Part shown: one piece after another, positions 1 through 9,204 of the stretch
Layout: each line of letters begins with the position of its first letter
Numbering within the stretch: position 1 is the stretch's first letter
Assembly (NCBI GenBank): GCA_964466575.1
Contig: CAYXNP010000003.1
Span: forward strand, 21,543 to 85,542
Direction: 5' to 3'
DNA: 64,000 bases
Origin: Candidatus Woesearchaeota archaeon
GTDB taxonomy: Archaea > Nanobdellota > Nanobdellia > Pacearchaeales > GW2011-AR1
Position numbers and translations under genes: made by a program
Notes under the pieces: generated by a model
What the model was told of the DNA's origin: nothing
Databases searched by the model: none
Seen by the model: only the letters and a program-made list of their open reading frames with translations

Positions 1-1
1 C

Positions 2-259
2 ATTAATAGGATCATCTTTTTCATACCCACGAAATTCTGGACAACCAACACGATCAAATACAGCAAGGTGTCTGCTTGATAACCAACCTTTCTTTTGAGA
101 TATTAAATATACCCAGTTATATTTTATTCTTTCTTTCCCTAAACTGACTTTTCCTGTACTTCCAAGATTTTCATTTAGTTCATGAACGAGATCCTCCAAC
201 ATCTCTCTGTGCCTTTGAATAGTTTCACAATTGGATTTTACAACTTTTACTTCAACCAT
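2..259 (-). CDS. hypothetical protein, truncated by window start (visible N-terminus MVEVKVVKSNCETIQRHREMLEDL...)
   Basis: Hand translation of the minus strand from ATG 259-257 stays open to the window edge. It is absent from the ORF track because it has no stop. Confidence 0.4.
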   Translation of the reverse strand, partial: MVEVKVVKSNCETIQRHREMLEDLVHELNENLGSTGKVSLGKERIKYNWVYLISQKKGWLSSRHLAVFDRVGCPEFRGYEKDDPIN

Positions 260-480
260 ATCTTTTTATAGAAAACTAAGCTATTTAAATGTTTAATTTG
301 TTACTACTTTAAAATTAATAATAGGTTCTTCCTAACTTAATGACTTAAATTTAGGAAATCTCAGGGAGCGTTTAACCAATAAATTCTAAGAAAAATTGTT
401 AAAAATATACTAAAAAACACGAAATGGATTTTCGTCGATAAAACGAAAAAACTATGTGCAATTATTAACCTTAGGTAACA

Positions 481-552
481 CGCCCCCACGAGGAATTGAA
501 CCTCGATTATGCGGACCGCAACCACATGTTCTATCCATTAAACTAAAGGGGC
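481..552 (-). tRNA. tRNA-Arg (anticodon GCG)
   Basis: The reverse complement folds as a cloverleaf: acceptor GCCCCTT/TGGGGGC, T-arm CGAGG-TTCAATT-CCTCG, anticodon loop TTGCGGT. One acceptor mismatch. Confidence 0.75.
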
Positions 553-585
553 TATATATAATAGGAGAAAGAAGTTTTTAAGTTT

Positions 586-1185
586 TTAAATTTCATCTAT
601 CATTGAAATCGCGTCGTGAATTGATTTGTAATCGCAAATGTCTTCTGGAGAGAACCAGTGTTGGATTTCGTGCTCGGCTTCTTCAGCGTTGCCTGAAGCA
701 TGAATTAAATTTTTGACAGCGCGTTTTTTCATGTTTGCTAAATCAGGCGAGTCGATTGAAAAGTCTCCGCGAATTGTTCCTGGCTCTGCGAATGCAGGGA
801 CCGTTGAGCCGATAATTTTTCTAACCATTTTTATTGCATGCAATCCCTCGACGACAATTTTTACTATTGGGCCAGAAGTCATAAAATTTAAAAGCCATTC
901 CCTAACCATTTTTCCAATTTCATACAAATCTTCTGTTCCATAATCTTCTTTTAATGTCGATTGAATATTAAATTCTTCATAACTTTTTTTTGTGTTTCGT
1001 CCGAGGTTAGTTATCCATTCTTTATCTTTAGGATAATGCGCATCCATTTGTTTTTTCGTCGGCTGAACCATTTGCAGCGCAACAATTTTTAATTCCCGAG
1101 ATTCAAAACGTTTTATCACATCGCCAATCAAACCGCGTTTCACTCCATCAGGTTTAATCAACACCAATGTTCTTTCAGTTTCCAT
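586..1185 (-). CDS. ndk: nucleoside diphosphate kinase
   Basis: ERTLVLIKPDGVKRGLIGDVIKRFE and NLIHASGNAEEAEHEIQHWF motifs. It carries an internal insertion relative to the classical ~150-aa NDK. Confidence 0.85.
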   Translation of the reverse strand: METERTLVLIKPDGVKRGLIGDVIKRFESRELKIVALQMVQPTKKQMDAHYPKDKEWITNLGRNTKKSYEEFNIQSTLKEDYGTEDLYEIGKMVREWLLNFMTSGPIVKIVVEGLHAIKMVRKIIGSTVPAFAEPGTIRGDFSIDSPDLANMKKRAVKNLIHASGNAEEAEHEIQHWFSPEDICDYKSIHDAISMIDEI

Positions 1186-1357
1186 GAAAACTTTTTGAGA
1201 AGGATGTTTATAAAACTTTTTATTTTTAATTTTTAATTGTCGTCGATGAATTTCTTCAAAAGAAGATTATAGATTACAAAAAATGAAAAAAGAATAGGGT
1301 TGTTGGAAAAAAGAAATATTTATAAAGGACAAATCTTTATCTTAAATATTAAAAGGT

Positions 1358-3340
1358 GTGACGATGAATAATAAAGGGGTACAAAAATATGCATTGGTTT
1401 TCGTTGTGTTATTATTAATTATATTTTCTATGTATTTTGTTCTTGGAGATCATACTGTTACTATAACCAATGGGGCAACTAATTTGACAGTGAAAGAAGA
1501 TTTACAACAAATTTTTAATTTCACTATAAATAGTGGAGATAGAAATAATATAACTCAAATTAATATTACTCTTCCAGCAAATTGTACTTTTACTGCTGGT
1601 TCAAATAATACTAATCTTACAACTAATGATACTTCAAGTGTAACAACAATTGGCAATATTTTTACAAATACAAGTGGAAGTGGAGTTTTGAATAGTACAT
1701 TGAGTTGGTCTAATTTTACAGGAGGTGTTATGAATGGAAGTCATATTGCCAAGTTTTGGTTTAATGCAACTTGTACACATCCAGGTAATTACCCTATTAC
1801 TATAACAACTCTTAATGCAACTGGAGTCAATAGAACTAACTTTAATCTTCAAGTTAATGATACTACTTTTCCTGTTTTGAATTATGGTAATGGAACTACT
1901 GCAAATGCATCTAATCAATTTAATAATATTAATGCCTCTCAACCTTCTATTGATGTAAATATAAGTATAAACGAGCTTTTTGTAAATAAAATAACTTTTG
2001 TTTTGTGGAATAGTTCTGGCTTGTTAAATATAACTGTTTTTTCTTTATCAAATAATTATACAAATACAACTATTAATTGGAGTATTCCTTTAGGAATAGG
2101 TTACAATGAGGGATTAACATATTATTATAATGTTACAGTAAATGATACATTTGGAAATGTTGGAAATTTAAGTCTTACTTCAACTAATGTTACAATTAGA
2201 GATAATATTGGACCTCATGTAACATTTGTAAATCCAGTAGGAACTCCGTATAGAAATCATACAGGAACTATTATATTAAATGCAACTATTACTGACAGAT
2301 TCAATAATGTCCAGTTGGTATTATTTAACATTACAAATGCTACAAGTAGAACTGTTTCACTTCTTACAGCAAGTAATAGAAGTGCAACAAATTGGAATGT
2401 TACGCTTCCTTCTGGAAATGGAAGTTTTCCTGATGGAGTTTATAATATTACTGTAATAGTAAATGATACTATAAGTAATGTAAATAATACAGGTGTAGGC
2501 AGGCTTTTTGGACCTTATAGTGTTATTATAGATAATAGCGGACCTTCAGTAACTTTGGCCTCATTGAGTGCAACTACAAGTTCCTTAGGTGTAACTATTA
2601 CAGCAACAGAAACTGTAAGTAGTATTAATGGGGCATGTACTGTAGATAGATCTGGAGCTACTATTACAGGTTCAAGTACAACTACATCTACAACTCAAAA
2701 TATAACTGAAAGTGGATTAGATTGTGGTCATTCTTATGCTTATATTGCAACTTGTACAAATTATGCAGGTAAAGGCGGTTCATCAGCAGCTACTTCATTT
2801 TCTACTTCAGATTGTGGAACATCTGGAGGAAGTAGCGGAGGAGGCGGGGGTGGAGGAAGTGCTACTGTTTGGAGTAGTACATATATTCCTAAAACAGAAG
2901 AATTGCAAAGTGGATATACTCAAAAGTTAGGTGCTAAGGCTAGAATTAAATTAAGCATAAATGATCAAGAGCATTATGTTGGTGTTAAGAGTTTAACTGC
3001 AACTTCTGCTACACTTGAAGTGGCAAGTACACCTGTAACAATGAGTTTGAATGTTGGGGAAGATACTAAAGTTGATGTAACAAATGATGGATATTATGAT
3101 TTATATGCTAAACTACTTTCTATAAAAGATGGTAAAGCAGAAGTAACTGTAAAAACAATTTATGAAAAAGTTCCAGAAGCTCCAGCAGCAGAAGATACTG
3201 GTGAAACTATTCAAGAAGGGCCAATTAGTGATATTGTTGATAAAGGAAAAGCTAATTTAACTTGGTTGTGGGTATTGATAATAGTTGTTGTTGTGGTTGC
3301 GATTGCTTGGATAATTTATGCTAATAAAAAGAGAAGGTAG
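1358..3340 (+). CDS. cell-surface glycoprotein-like protein (N-terminal hydrophobic signal/anchor, C-terminal TM anchor)
   Basis: N-terminal hydrophobic stretch, dozens of N-x-S/T sequons, a GGSSGGGGGGGS linker, and a C-terminal TM helix followed by KKRR. Confidence 0.7.
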   Translation: MTMNNKGVQKYALVFVVLLLIIFSMYFVLGDHTVTITNGATNLTVKEDLQQIFNFTINSGDRNNITQINITLPANCTFTAGSNNTNLTTNDTSSVTTIGNIFTNTSGSGVLNSTLSWSNFTGGVMNGSHIAKFWFNATCTHPGNYPITITTLNATGVNRTNFNLQVNDTTFPVLNYGNGTTANASNQFNNINASQPSIDVNISINELFVNKITFVLWNSSGLLNITVFSLSNNYTNTTINWSIPLGIGYNEGLTYYYNVTVNDTFGNVGNLSLTSTNVTIRDNIGPHVTFVNPVGTPYRNHTGTIILNATITDRFNNVQLVLFNITNATSRTVSLLTASNRSATNWNVTLPSGNGSFPDGVYNITVIVNDTISNVNNTGVGRLFGPYSVIIDNSGPSVTLASLSATTSSLGVTITATETVSSINGACTVDRSGATITGSSTTTSTTQNITESGLDCGHSYAYIATCTNYAGKGGSSAATSFSTSDCGTSGGSSGGGGGGGSATVWSSTYIPKTEELQSGYTQKLGAKARIKLSINDQEHYVGVKSLTATSATLEVASTPVTMSLNVGEDTKVDVTNDGYYDLYAKLLSIKDGKAEVTVKTIYEKVPEAPAAEDTGETIQEGPISDIVDKGKANLTWLWVLIIVVVVVAIAWIIYANKKRR

Positions 3341-3373
3341 TTTTATCTAAATTTTTATATAGTTATTTTTATT

Positions 3374-4765
3374 TTGTTAATTATGGAAATTGATTTAAAT
3401 GAAGTTATGATTGGTGATTTACATTTGCATTCGAAATATTCCAGAGCAACGTCGATTTATTTGAGTTTTGAAAATTTAGTTAAGTGGGCAAAGATTAAGG
3501 GAATTAATTTATTAGGTACTGGAGATTTTACTCATCCTATTTGGTTTGAAGAGATAAAGAAGTTGGAAAATAATGGCAAAGGGATTTATTTCTTTGATGG
3601 TTTTCCTTTTGTTATTACAGGCGAGATTTCGTTTATTTATACGCAGGAAACATACAACAAATCGCGTTTAGATTCAGATTCCCACCACCACTCCCCAACC
3701 AACTCGCGACTTCACTCCACCACCATCGCGCGAGAAACCCCAAACGTGAAATCGCTCGCCCACCCGAGTGATAGGGAATTTACTGAATCTAAACGCTCGT
3801 TAGAAAGAAAAGGCAGGCGTGTTCATTTGAATGTTTTAGTGCCGAATGTTGAAGTTGCAGAGAAGATTAATTCTTATTTGGATACTAAAGGCAGAAGAGA
3901 TTATGACGGCAGGCCGATTTTTAAGATTTCCTGTGAAGAATTCGTTAGAGAGATGAAGAATATTGACGATAAAATTGAAATTATTCCTGCGCATATTTGG
4001 ACGCCCTGGTTTAGTATGTTTGGGAGCAAGTCAGGTTTTGATTCATTTAAGGAATGTTTTGGAGAAATGAGTGAGAAGGTTTATGCGATTGAAACTGGTA
4101 TGAGCAGTGATCCTGAAATGAACTGGCGTATTGGAGAACTGCATAATAAATCAATTGTTAGTTTTTCAGATAGCCATAGTTTTTGGCCGTTTCGTTTAGG
4201 ACGGGAGGCGACTATTTTTAAGAAGTTTGATTCTTATGATGAACTTGTTAGACAAATTAGAAAAAATGATTTTATTGGTACAATAGAAACAGATCCGGCT
4301 TATGGCAAGTATCATTATGATGGCCATAGGAATTGTAGTTTTTCATGTTCTTTTGAGAAAACTAAAAAATTAAATGGGCTTTGTCCAAAATGCGGAAAAC
4401 CATTGGTGATTGGCGTTGATTATCGTGTTGAGGAATTGGCAACTAATAAAATTGGTTTTAGGCCTCAATGTGCAAAACCTTTTTTTAAATTACTTCCTTT
4501 GCATGAAATTATTGTTTTAGCTAGTGGAGGAAGATTAGAAAGTAATTCAACATGGAATATTTATAATGATTTGATTTCAAAATTTGAAAATGAATTTAAT
4601 ATTTTGTTGAAAGTTTCTAAACCAGAATTTTTTAATAAAAATGTCGACGATAAACTTGTTGAATTGATTTTAAAAAATCGTGAAGGAAAGATTTATGTTA
4701 AGCCAGGTTATGATGGAGAGTATGGTGTTGCTGAACTTGGAGAAAAACAGGCGACGCTGGTTTGA
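3374..4765 (+). CDS. endonuclease Q-like PHP-domain nuclease carrying an in-frame repeat insertion
   Basis: GDLHLHSKYSRA, GTGDFTHP, RRVHLNVLVP, PAHIWTPWF, SFSDSHS..RLGRE, DPAYGKYHYDG, CPKCGKPL and GYDGEYG are collinear with archaeal EndoQ. ATG at 3383 is an alternative start. Confidence 0.8.
   Translation: MLIMEIDLNEVMIGDLHLHSKYSRATSIYLSFENLVKWAKIKGINLLGTGDFTHPIWFEEIKKLENNGKGIYFFDGFPFVITGEISFIYTQETYNKSRLDSDSHHHSPTNSRLHSTTIARETPNVKSLAHPSDREFTESKRSLERKGRRVHLNVLVPNVEVAEKINSYLDTKGRRDYDGRPIFKISCEEFVREMKNIDDKIEIIPAHIWTPWFSMFGSKSGFDSFKECFGEMSEKVYAIETGMSSDPEMNWRIGELHNKSIVSFSDSHSFWPFRLGREATIFKKFDSYDELVRQIRKNDFIGTIETDPAYGKYHYDGHRNCSFSCSFEKTKKLNGLCPKCGKPLVIGVDYRVEELATNKIGFRPQCAKPFFKLLPLHEIIVLASGGRLESNSTWNIYNDLISKFENEFNILLKVSKPEFFNKNVDDKLVELILKNREGKIYVKPGYDGEYGVAELGEKQATLV
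3662..3799. mobile_element. MITE-like insertion (family A core 3703-3758) lying in-frame inside the EndoQ-like gene
   Basis: Perfect 14-bp terminal inverted repeats: GCGTTTAGATTCAG (3664-3677) and CTGAATCTAAACGC (3783-3796). The C-tract-rich core is shared with other copies. Length is about 46 codons. Confidence 0.75.
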
Positions 4766-4770
4766 AGAGA

Positions 4771-4974
4771 ATTAGCTCGCTTCGCGAGATTATATGGCTA
4801 CGTATCCGCCTTGCGGCAGGATTTTTCGCTGAGAGGAAAATTAATGCAGAAAGATTTGAATATATTGTGGCTGATTTTATGGACAGGGTAATGAGATAAT
4901 TTATTTGCTTTTTGGAGCTGCTCGCGCCCACGCTTTGTTATTAATATTTAAGATTGTCAAAACGTAAACGCTCG
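4771..4974. repeat. composite repeat: family F module (about 4775-4850) plus family B copy (4921-4974)
   Basis: The F part aligns with 9843-9956. The B part, CTCGCGCCCACGCTTTGTTATTAATA..TTGTCAAAACGTAAACGCTCG, recurs at 12710, 47572 and 62320 (reverse complement). Confidence 0.7.
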
Positions 4975-5084
4975 TCTCTTATTTTGATAAATTTGTAATG
5001 AGCGTCAGAAGTTTTCTTTCCGCATTTTGGGCAATCTGTTTTTAAAGTGTAAGAATTACAATAAGAGCATTTTTTTAATTTCAT
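4941..5084 (-). CDS. nop10: H/ACA RNP protein Nop10 (47 aa, below the ORF-track cutoff)
   Basis: MKLKKCSYCNSYTLKTDCPKCGKKTSDAH.. matches the Nop10 zinc ribbon. Its ATG overlaps the stop of the upstream NUDIX gene (ATGA). The last ~11 codons lie inside repeat family B. Confidence 0.7.
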   Translation of the reverse strand: MKLKKCSYCNSYTLKTDCPKCGKKTSDAHYKFIKIRDERLRFDNLKY

Positions 5085-5503
5085 TTAAGGTTCATAATAT
5101 ATTCTTTGAGTTTTGGATGGAAAGATGTTGTGAAGTGTTTTTGCATTTCCTGCGGTTTTACCCATTTTAGTTCTGTGAAATCTTTTCCAACTTTTGGTTT
5201 ACCACTTGTGGCTTCACATAAATAATAAATTGATAAGAAGTCTTTTTTTTCAGGATATGTTTTTGCAAAGATAGAGCCTAAACTTTTGACATTATATCCT
5301 GTTTTCTGTTTAATTTTTTTTACTAAAGTTTTTTCTAAATCTCCTTTAGCGTCAAGTCTTCCTCCTGGAAATGCCCATGTTAATTTGGGTATGTAAGGGT
5401 CCTTTTTTCGCTTGCCAATTAGAATTTTTCTGGTTTTTGTGTCAAAAATAACTCCTAATAATATAGTAAAATACTTTGCTTTGTTAAGGGTTTTTGATTT
5501 CAT
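5081..5503 (-). CDS. NUDIX hydrolase
   Basis: GGRLDAKGDLEKTLVKKIKQKTG resembles a (degenerate) Nudix box, and the size is typical. Confidence 0.7.
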   Translation of the reverse strand: MKSKTLNKAKYFTILLGVIFDTKTRKILIGKRKKDPYIPKLTWAFPGGRLDAKGDLEKTLVKKIKQKTGYNVKSLGSIFAKTYPEKKDFLSIYYLCEATSGKPKVGKDFTELKWVKPQEMQKHFTTSFHPKLKEYIMNLK

Positions 5504-5572
5504 TTTGACTTTTTTTTGATAAATTTAAGTTTGAAATTTAGTATTTAAGTTTTTCGTATTTTAAATTGGGTT

Positions 5573-6304
5573 TTACCTTTTCCATTTTTCGTTGAACTCT
5601 ATGCCGAGTTTTTTGGCTTTTTTTTCTATATCTTTTATGAGTTCTTGTAATTCATGGTCTGCTTTTTTTAAGTCAGATGATTCTACTTTTAGCGAATATT
5701 TTCCTGCTGCAATATAAATTATATCTGCTTTTTTAGAAGCACCACTAAGTGATTCTTTAATTAATGACAGGCCATTTGATTTAGTTGTTTTTAATGAGAT
5801 TTCCTTTTTTACAATAGATTTCTTTTGTTTTTCTTTGCTAATAATCTCAAGAATTTTTTCTGATTCATTTTTACCGACGATGTTTTCTAATTTTCTTGGA
5901 GAGGACACACCATCTTTAATATCTTTAATAAAATCATAGATGCTTGATGTCTCTTTTATTTTTTTAATTGTTGAATCTGTTTTATCTTTAAGAATTGTTT
6001 TCAATATATTTTCATATCTTTTTTCTTGTTTGTACATATTCATCACTTCTTTTTTTTCTTTGTTTGTAACTCTTCTTAATGAAAGTTCGACGTTTCCTCG
6101 TGATATTCTTAATATTTTGCATACAATTTTCTTTTTTGGAACTACATAATCTCTTAAGTTACGTATACGTCCAGGAGAGATTTCACTAACTACTATAGAA
6201 CCTTCTTTAGATTTTTCACCATTGCTTTCAATGTGTACAAATACTGTAGTTCCTTCTATTCTATCTACTGTGCATAAAACTGTATCGCCTTCTTCTAGTG
6301 TCAT
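5573..6304 (-). CDS. translation initiation factor 2 subunit alpha (aIF2-alpha)
   Basis: N-terminal S1 domain (EGDTVLCTVDRIEGTTVFVHI...VELSLRRV), with length and layout typical of aIF2-alpha. Confidence 0.8.
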   Translation of the reverse strand: MTLEEGDTVLCTVDRIEGTTVFVHIESNGEKSKEGSIVVSEISPGRIRNLRDYVVPKKKIVCKILRISRGNVELSLRRVTNKEKKEVMNMYKQEKRYENILKTILKDKTDSTIKKIKETSSIYDFIKDIKDGVSSPRKLENIVGKNESEKILEIISKEKQKKSIVKKEISLKTTKSNGLSLIKESLSGASKKADIIYIAAGKYSLKVESSDLKKADHELQELIKDIEKKAKKLGIEFNEKWKR

Positions 6305-6374
6305 AGAAATAATTAATTGAATGGGTTTTTAAGAGTTGTGGAAAGGTTTTTAAAACTGAAAATCAAGCAGTGAA

Positions 6375-6563
6375 ATGGAAGAAGTAAGCGATATCCTTGA
6401 AAGATTAGAATCAGATATGGAGAAGTTATCAGGAGATGAAAATGCAACAAAGGCTTATATGACTGCCCTAGATACAATTCAAGAACTCATTAAAGAAGAT
6501 TACGATCCACATTCTATAAGAACTGCTTTAGCAACATATTGTCTTAGGAAATCAAGATCCTAA
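6375..6563 (+). CDS. hypothetical small protein
   Basis: ORF only; no recognisable motif. Confidence 0.3.
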   Translation: MEEVSDILERLESDMEKLSGDENATKAYMTALDTIQELIKEDYDPHSIRTALATYCLRKSRS

Positions 6564-7903
6564 ACTTTAACAACTTCTATTTCTAAATTCTTTTTTAGAA
6601 GATTAATGAAATCTTGTTCTTTTTCTTTATTGATAACTGCGCCCGCTGCAAACTCATGTCCTCCGACTTCTCCGCCTATTTGAATTATTATTGTATTTAG
6701 AATTTCTCTTATGTTTCTTCCGTTTTTACCGACGGTTCTTGCAGAAATTTTGATTTTTTCTGTGTTGTCATTGTAGTGAGCCATTGTGATAATTATTGTG
6801 CCTTCTTCGTATAATGAAGAGTAAGATAAGATGCTGGCTATGGTGCCAATTATTGTTTCTTTGATATTGTCTTTTGCGTTTATTATTACGAAACCTTTTC
6901 CTTCGACTTTATCTGAATTTTCAGAATTTGATACGAATTCTAATCCTGAAATAATTTGTCGTCTGTTTTTAGCGTGCAATGATTCTGCGCGTTTTTTGGC
7001 TTCTGACATTTCCAAACATAATTGTATTGCAGTTTCTGGTTCACCAAGTCTGGAACAAGCATTTATCATTGCGCTTAATTCCCGGGCATCTTCGAGTTTA
7101 TTAAAGAATTTTATGAGAAAGATATCTCCAATTATTTCTTCATGCTTTCTTTTAGGAACTCTTAATAAAATTGCTGTGACGAGTCTTGTCATTTCTGCTT
7201 CATCGAGTTCAATTATACTTTTGTATTTGCCGTTTTTTGGTGTAAGATTAGTTTCTCTTAATAATTCTAATGTGCCTTTTGTATCGCCTGTTATTCCTGG
7301 AATGTATGGGTTTGAAGAAAATTCAAGAACCCTATTTATTGGGCGAGTTGAAGGGTATAATAATAAACCTCTTTTTTTTATTATCTCGTTATCGTCGATG
7401 ATTCTTGAATTTATTTTGTCAACATTTTTCTCAAGACAATCTCCCACCATTCCTAATATTGCTAACTTTGCTATTTCTTTATCATAGTTTTTGTTGTTTA
7501 GGATTTCTTTGCAAAATAAATAAGTTAATCCTGAACTGCTGATTATTTCTTTGTTTTTTAATTGCGGGTTTATTATCTGGACATTTCCTGGAATTTCTTG
7601 AATTATTTCATGATGGTCAATAATGAAGACGTCTTGTTGATTTGATTTTGAAATGCAGTCTAAACTATTAGAAGCCAAGTCTAAGAAAAGAATGATTTTG
7701 TTTTTTGGAAGTTCATTGATTATTTTTTCTTCTAAATTATTTATGATTTTTACTGTGAATTGGATGTCTAATTTTTTTAATGTCTTTATCATTATTACTG
7801 CAGATGTGATGCCATCAGTGTCAAAATGACTTATTATACATACTTCTTTTTTCCTTGCAAGTTCTAAGAAATTATTTACTATTTGTTTAACCTCTTTTTC
7901 CAT
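6560..7903 (-). CDS. RecJ-like DHH/DHHA1 phosphoesterase (archaeal RecJ/GAN-type)
   Basis: ISHFDTDGITS, IIDHHE and GGHEFAAGA motifs. Confidence 0.8.
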   Translation of the reverse strand: MEKEVKQIVNNFLELARKKEVCIISHFDTDGITSAVIMIKTLKKLDIQFTVKIINNLEEKIINELPKNKIILFLDLASNSLDCISKSNQQDVFIIDHHEIIQEIPGNVQIINPQLKNKEIISSSGLTYLFCKEILNNKNYDKEIAKLAILGMVGDCLEKNVDKINSRIIDDNEIIKKRGLLLYPSTRPINRVLEFSSNPYIPGITGDTKGTLELLRETNLTPKNGKYKSIIELDEAEMTRLVTAILLRVPKRKHEEIIGDIFLIKFFNKLEDARELSAMINACSRLGEPETAIQLCLEMSEAKKRAESLHAKNRRQIISGLEFVSNSENSDKVEGKGFVIINAKDNIKETIIGTIASILSYSSLYEEGTIIITMAHYNDNTEKIKISARTVGKNGRNIREILNTIIIQIGGEVGGHEFAAGAVINKEKEQDFINLLKKNLEIEVVKV

Positions 7904-7919
7904 TTTAAAAATTTTGTAA

Positions 7920-8282
7920 TTAGGCTGCGTTATGATATTTTTTGAGTTTTCTTAATTGAGCGAAAACTCTGTCTTTTTCTCTCATTGATTTTTTATCTTG
8001 TTTGTTTTTATCAAAATGAGTTTTAATGCGATTGAGTTTGTCTTCGACGTTTTTTAAATCTGGATTAATATAAGATTTGTTTTCTTTTAAAATTTTAGAT
8101 ATTTTTTTGTCATATTCAGATGGATGAATTCCTTCTTTACGAAGAGCTTCACCGATTTTTTCAGAAGTTAAACCAGATTTTGCTAAGTCAAGGATTTTAT
8201 TTTCGAATATTTTTTGTGTGACTTTCACTGATTTTATTTCTTTTTCCTTTATTTTTTTGGGTGTTTCTGCTTTTTTTGGCAT
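7920..8282 (-). CDS. rps15: 30S ribosomal protein S15 (uS15)
   Basis: GLTSEKIGEALRKEGIHPS and a C-terminal ..LRKLKKYH pattern typical of archaeal S15/S13e. Confidence 0.85.
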   Translation of the reverse strand: MPKKAETPKKIKEKEIKSVKVTQKIFENKILDLAKSGLTSEKIGEALRKEGIHPSEYDKKISKILKENKSYINPDLKNVEDKLNRIKTHFDKNKQDKKSMREKDRVFAQLRKLKKYHNAA

Positions 8283-8327
8283 GTTTTATGGAGTTGGAAT
8301 TGGTTTTTAAAGTTTGTGATACAATAA

Positions 8328-8339
8328 GTTTTAAAAATA
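8328..8339 (+). promoter_or_regulatory. putative BRE/TATA box for tRNA-Gln
   Basis: GTTTTAAAAATA is centred about 27 nt upstream of the tRNA 5' end. Similar (A/C)TTTTAAA(A/C) boxes precede tRNA-Thr and tRNA-Met. Confidence 0.4.
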
Positions 8340-8360
8340 CAAATACGTAGAGTTTGTTAT

Positions 8361-8477
8361 AGCCCCATAGTTTAGTGGTCAAGAATACGGCCCTTTGAAA
8401 GTAAGATGAGGATATTTTTAATTTCTCATTAGGAAAGAAGAAAGGCTGTGACCCCGGTTCGAATCCGGGTGGGGCTA
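8361..8477 (+). tRNA. tRNA-Gln (anticodon TTG) with a 44-nt intron (8399-8442) at the canonical 37/38 position
   Basis: Acceptor AGCCCCA/TGGGGCT, T-arm CCCGG-TTCGAAT-CCGGG. The anticodon stem CGGCC/GGCTG is split by the intron. Confidence 0.8.
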
Positions 8478-8529
8478 TATTATTTTGTATGATATAAATC
8501 TTAATAAATAAACATTCTTTGTTTTTTAG

Positions 8530-9204
8530 ATGATTCAAAGAGACGAGTTTGGAAGAGAGTTTACTATTGTTAATGAGGGAGAGGGTTTTGTTATTGCTCA
8601 TGGCAAAGCTCGGAATTTTACTTATTGTGATGATAAAAGTCCCTTTGGACAAAGAATTTCTATTCCAACATTTTATATTTTTAAACCTCATGAAGGACAT
8701 CCTCTCGAAGTTTCTCATATTGGCGAAGGACAAATAAATGTTTGGCCTCATGAAGAAAGAATATCTGATAATCCAAGAATGCCTGCAAGAGTAGAAGAGG
8801 ATAGAATTTCACATGATCTTGCAACATTTATGTTGGTGCCTTATGCTGTTAAAGATATTGGAAGTAAGACTAAATTGTTTGACACTTTTGAAGATGGATT
8901 TCGTCGCAAGGATGGAAAGGGTCAGCCGGTTTCTTTATTGTATGTTGAACACGGAATGGGTATTAGCAGACAAAGTACTCCTTATGTTTCTCAAGTTTTG
9001 CCAACCCAAGTTACGTATCATTTTTGGAGTTGGCTTGTTGAAAGAAAAGAAATTCATTCATTCAAGGGAAGTTTTCAGGGACAAGATTACGAAGGATTAA
9101 TTTCTATTCCTTACGATAAAGCGAGAAAAACTTTAACTCGTGTTACAAAAACATTAGAAAAGAGGTTTGATCAATCATTAAGACTTGATAGGGAAACTTT
9201 TTAA
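8530..9204 (+). CDS. hypothetical protein
   Basis: Long ORF with coding-like composition and no recognised domain. Confidence 0.5.
   Translation: MIQRDEFGREFTIVNEGEGFVIAHGKARNFTYCDDKSPFGQRISIPTFYIFKPHEGHPLEVSHIGEGQINVWPHEERISDNPRMPARVEEDRISHDLATFMLVPYAVKDIGSKTKLFDTFEDGFRRKDGKGQPVSLLYVEHGMGISRQSTPYVSQVLPTQVTYHFWSWLVERKEIHSFKGSFQGQDYEGLISIPYDKARKTLTRVTKTLEKRFDQSLRLDRETF

Noticed and set aside
6831-7487. 218-aa ORF antisense to the RecJ-like gene. Comparable antisense ORFs occur at 20023-20457, 29355-29912, 46584-46997, 17630-18028 and 60687-61031.
   Set aside because: They are shadow ORFs opposite long, well-supported genes. They have low-complexity S/F/I/L-rich translations and no independent signals.
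8197-8751. 184-aa minus-strand ORF from the ORF track
   Set aside because: It runs antisense across the intron-containing tRNA-Gln and its promoter and overlaps two better-supported genes. Its composition looks like translated non-coding DNA (F/K/N/I-rich).
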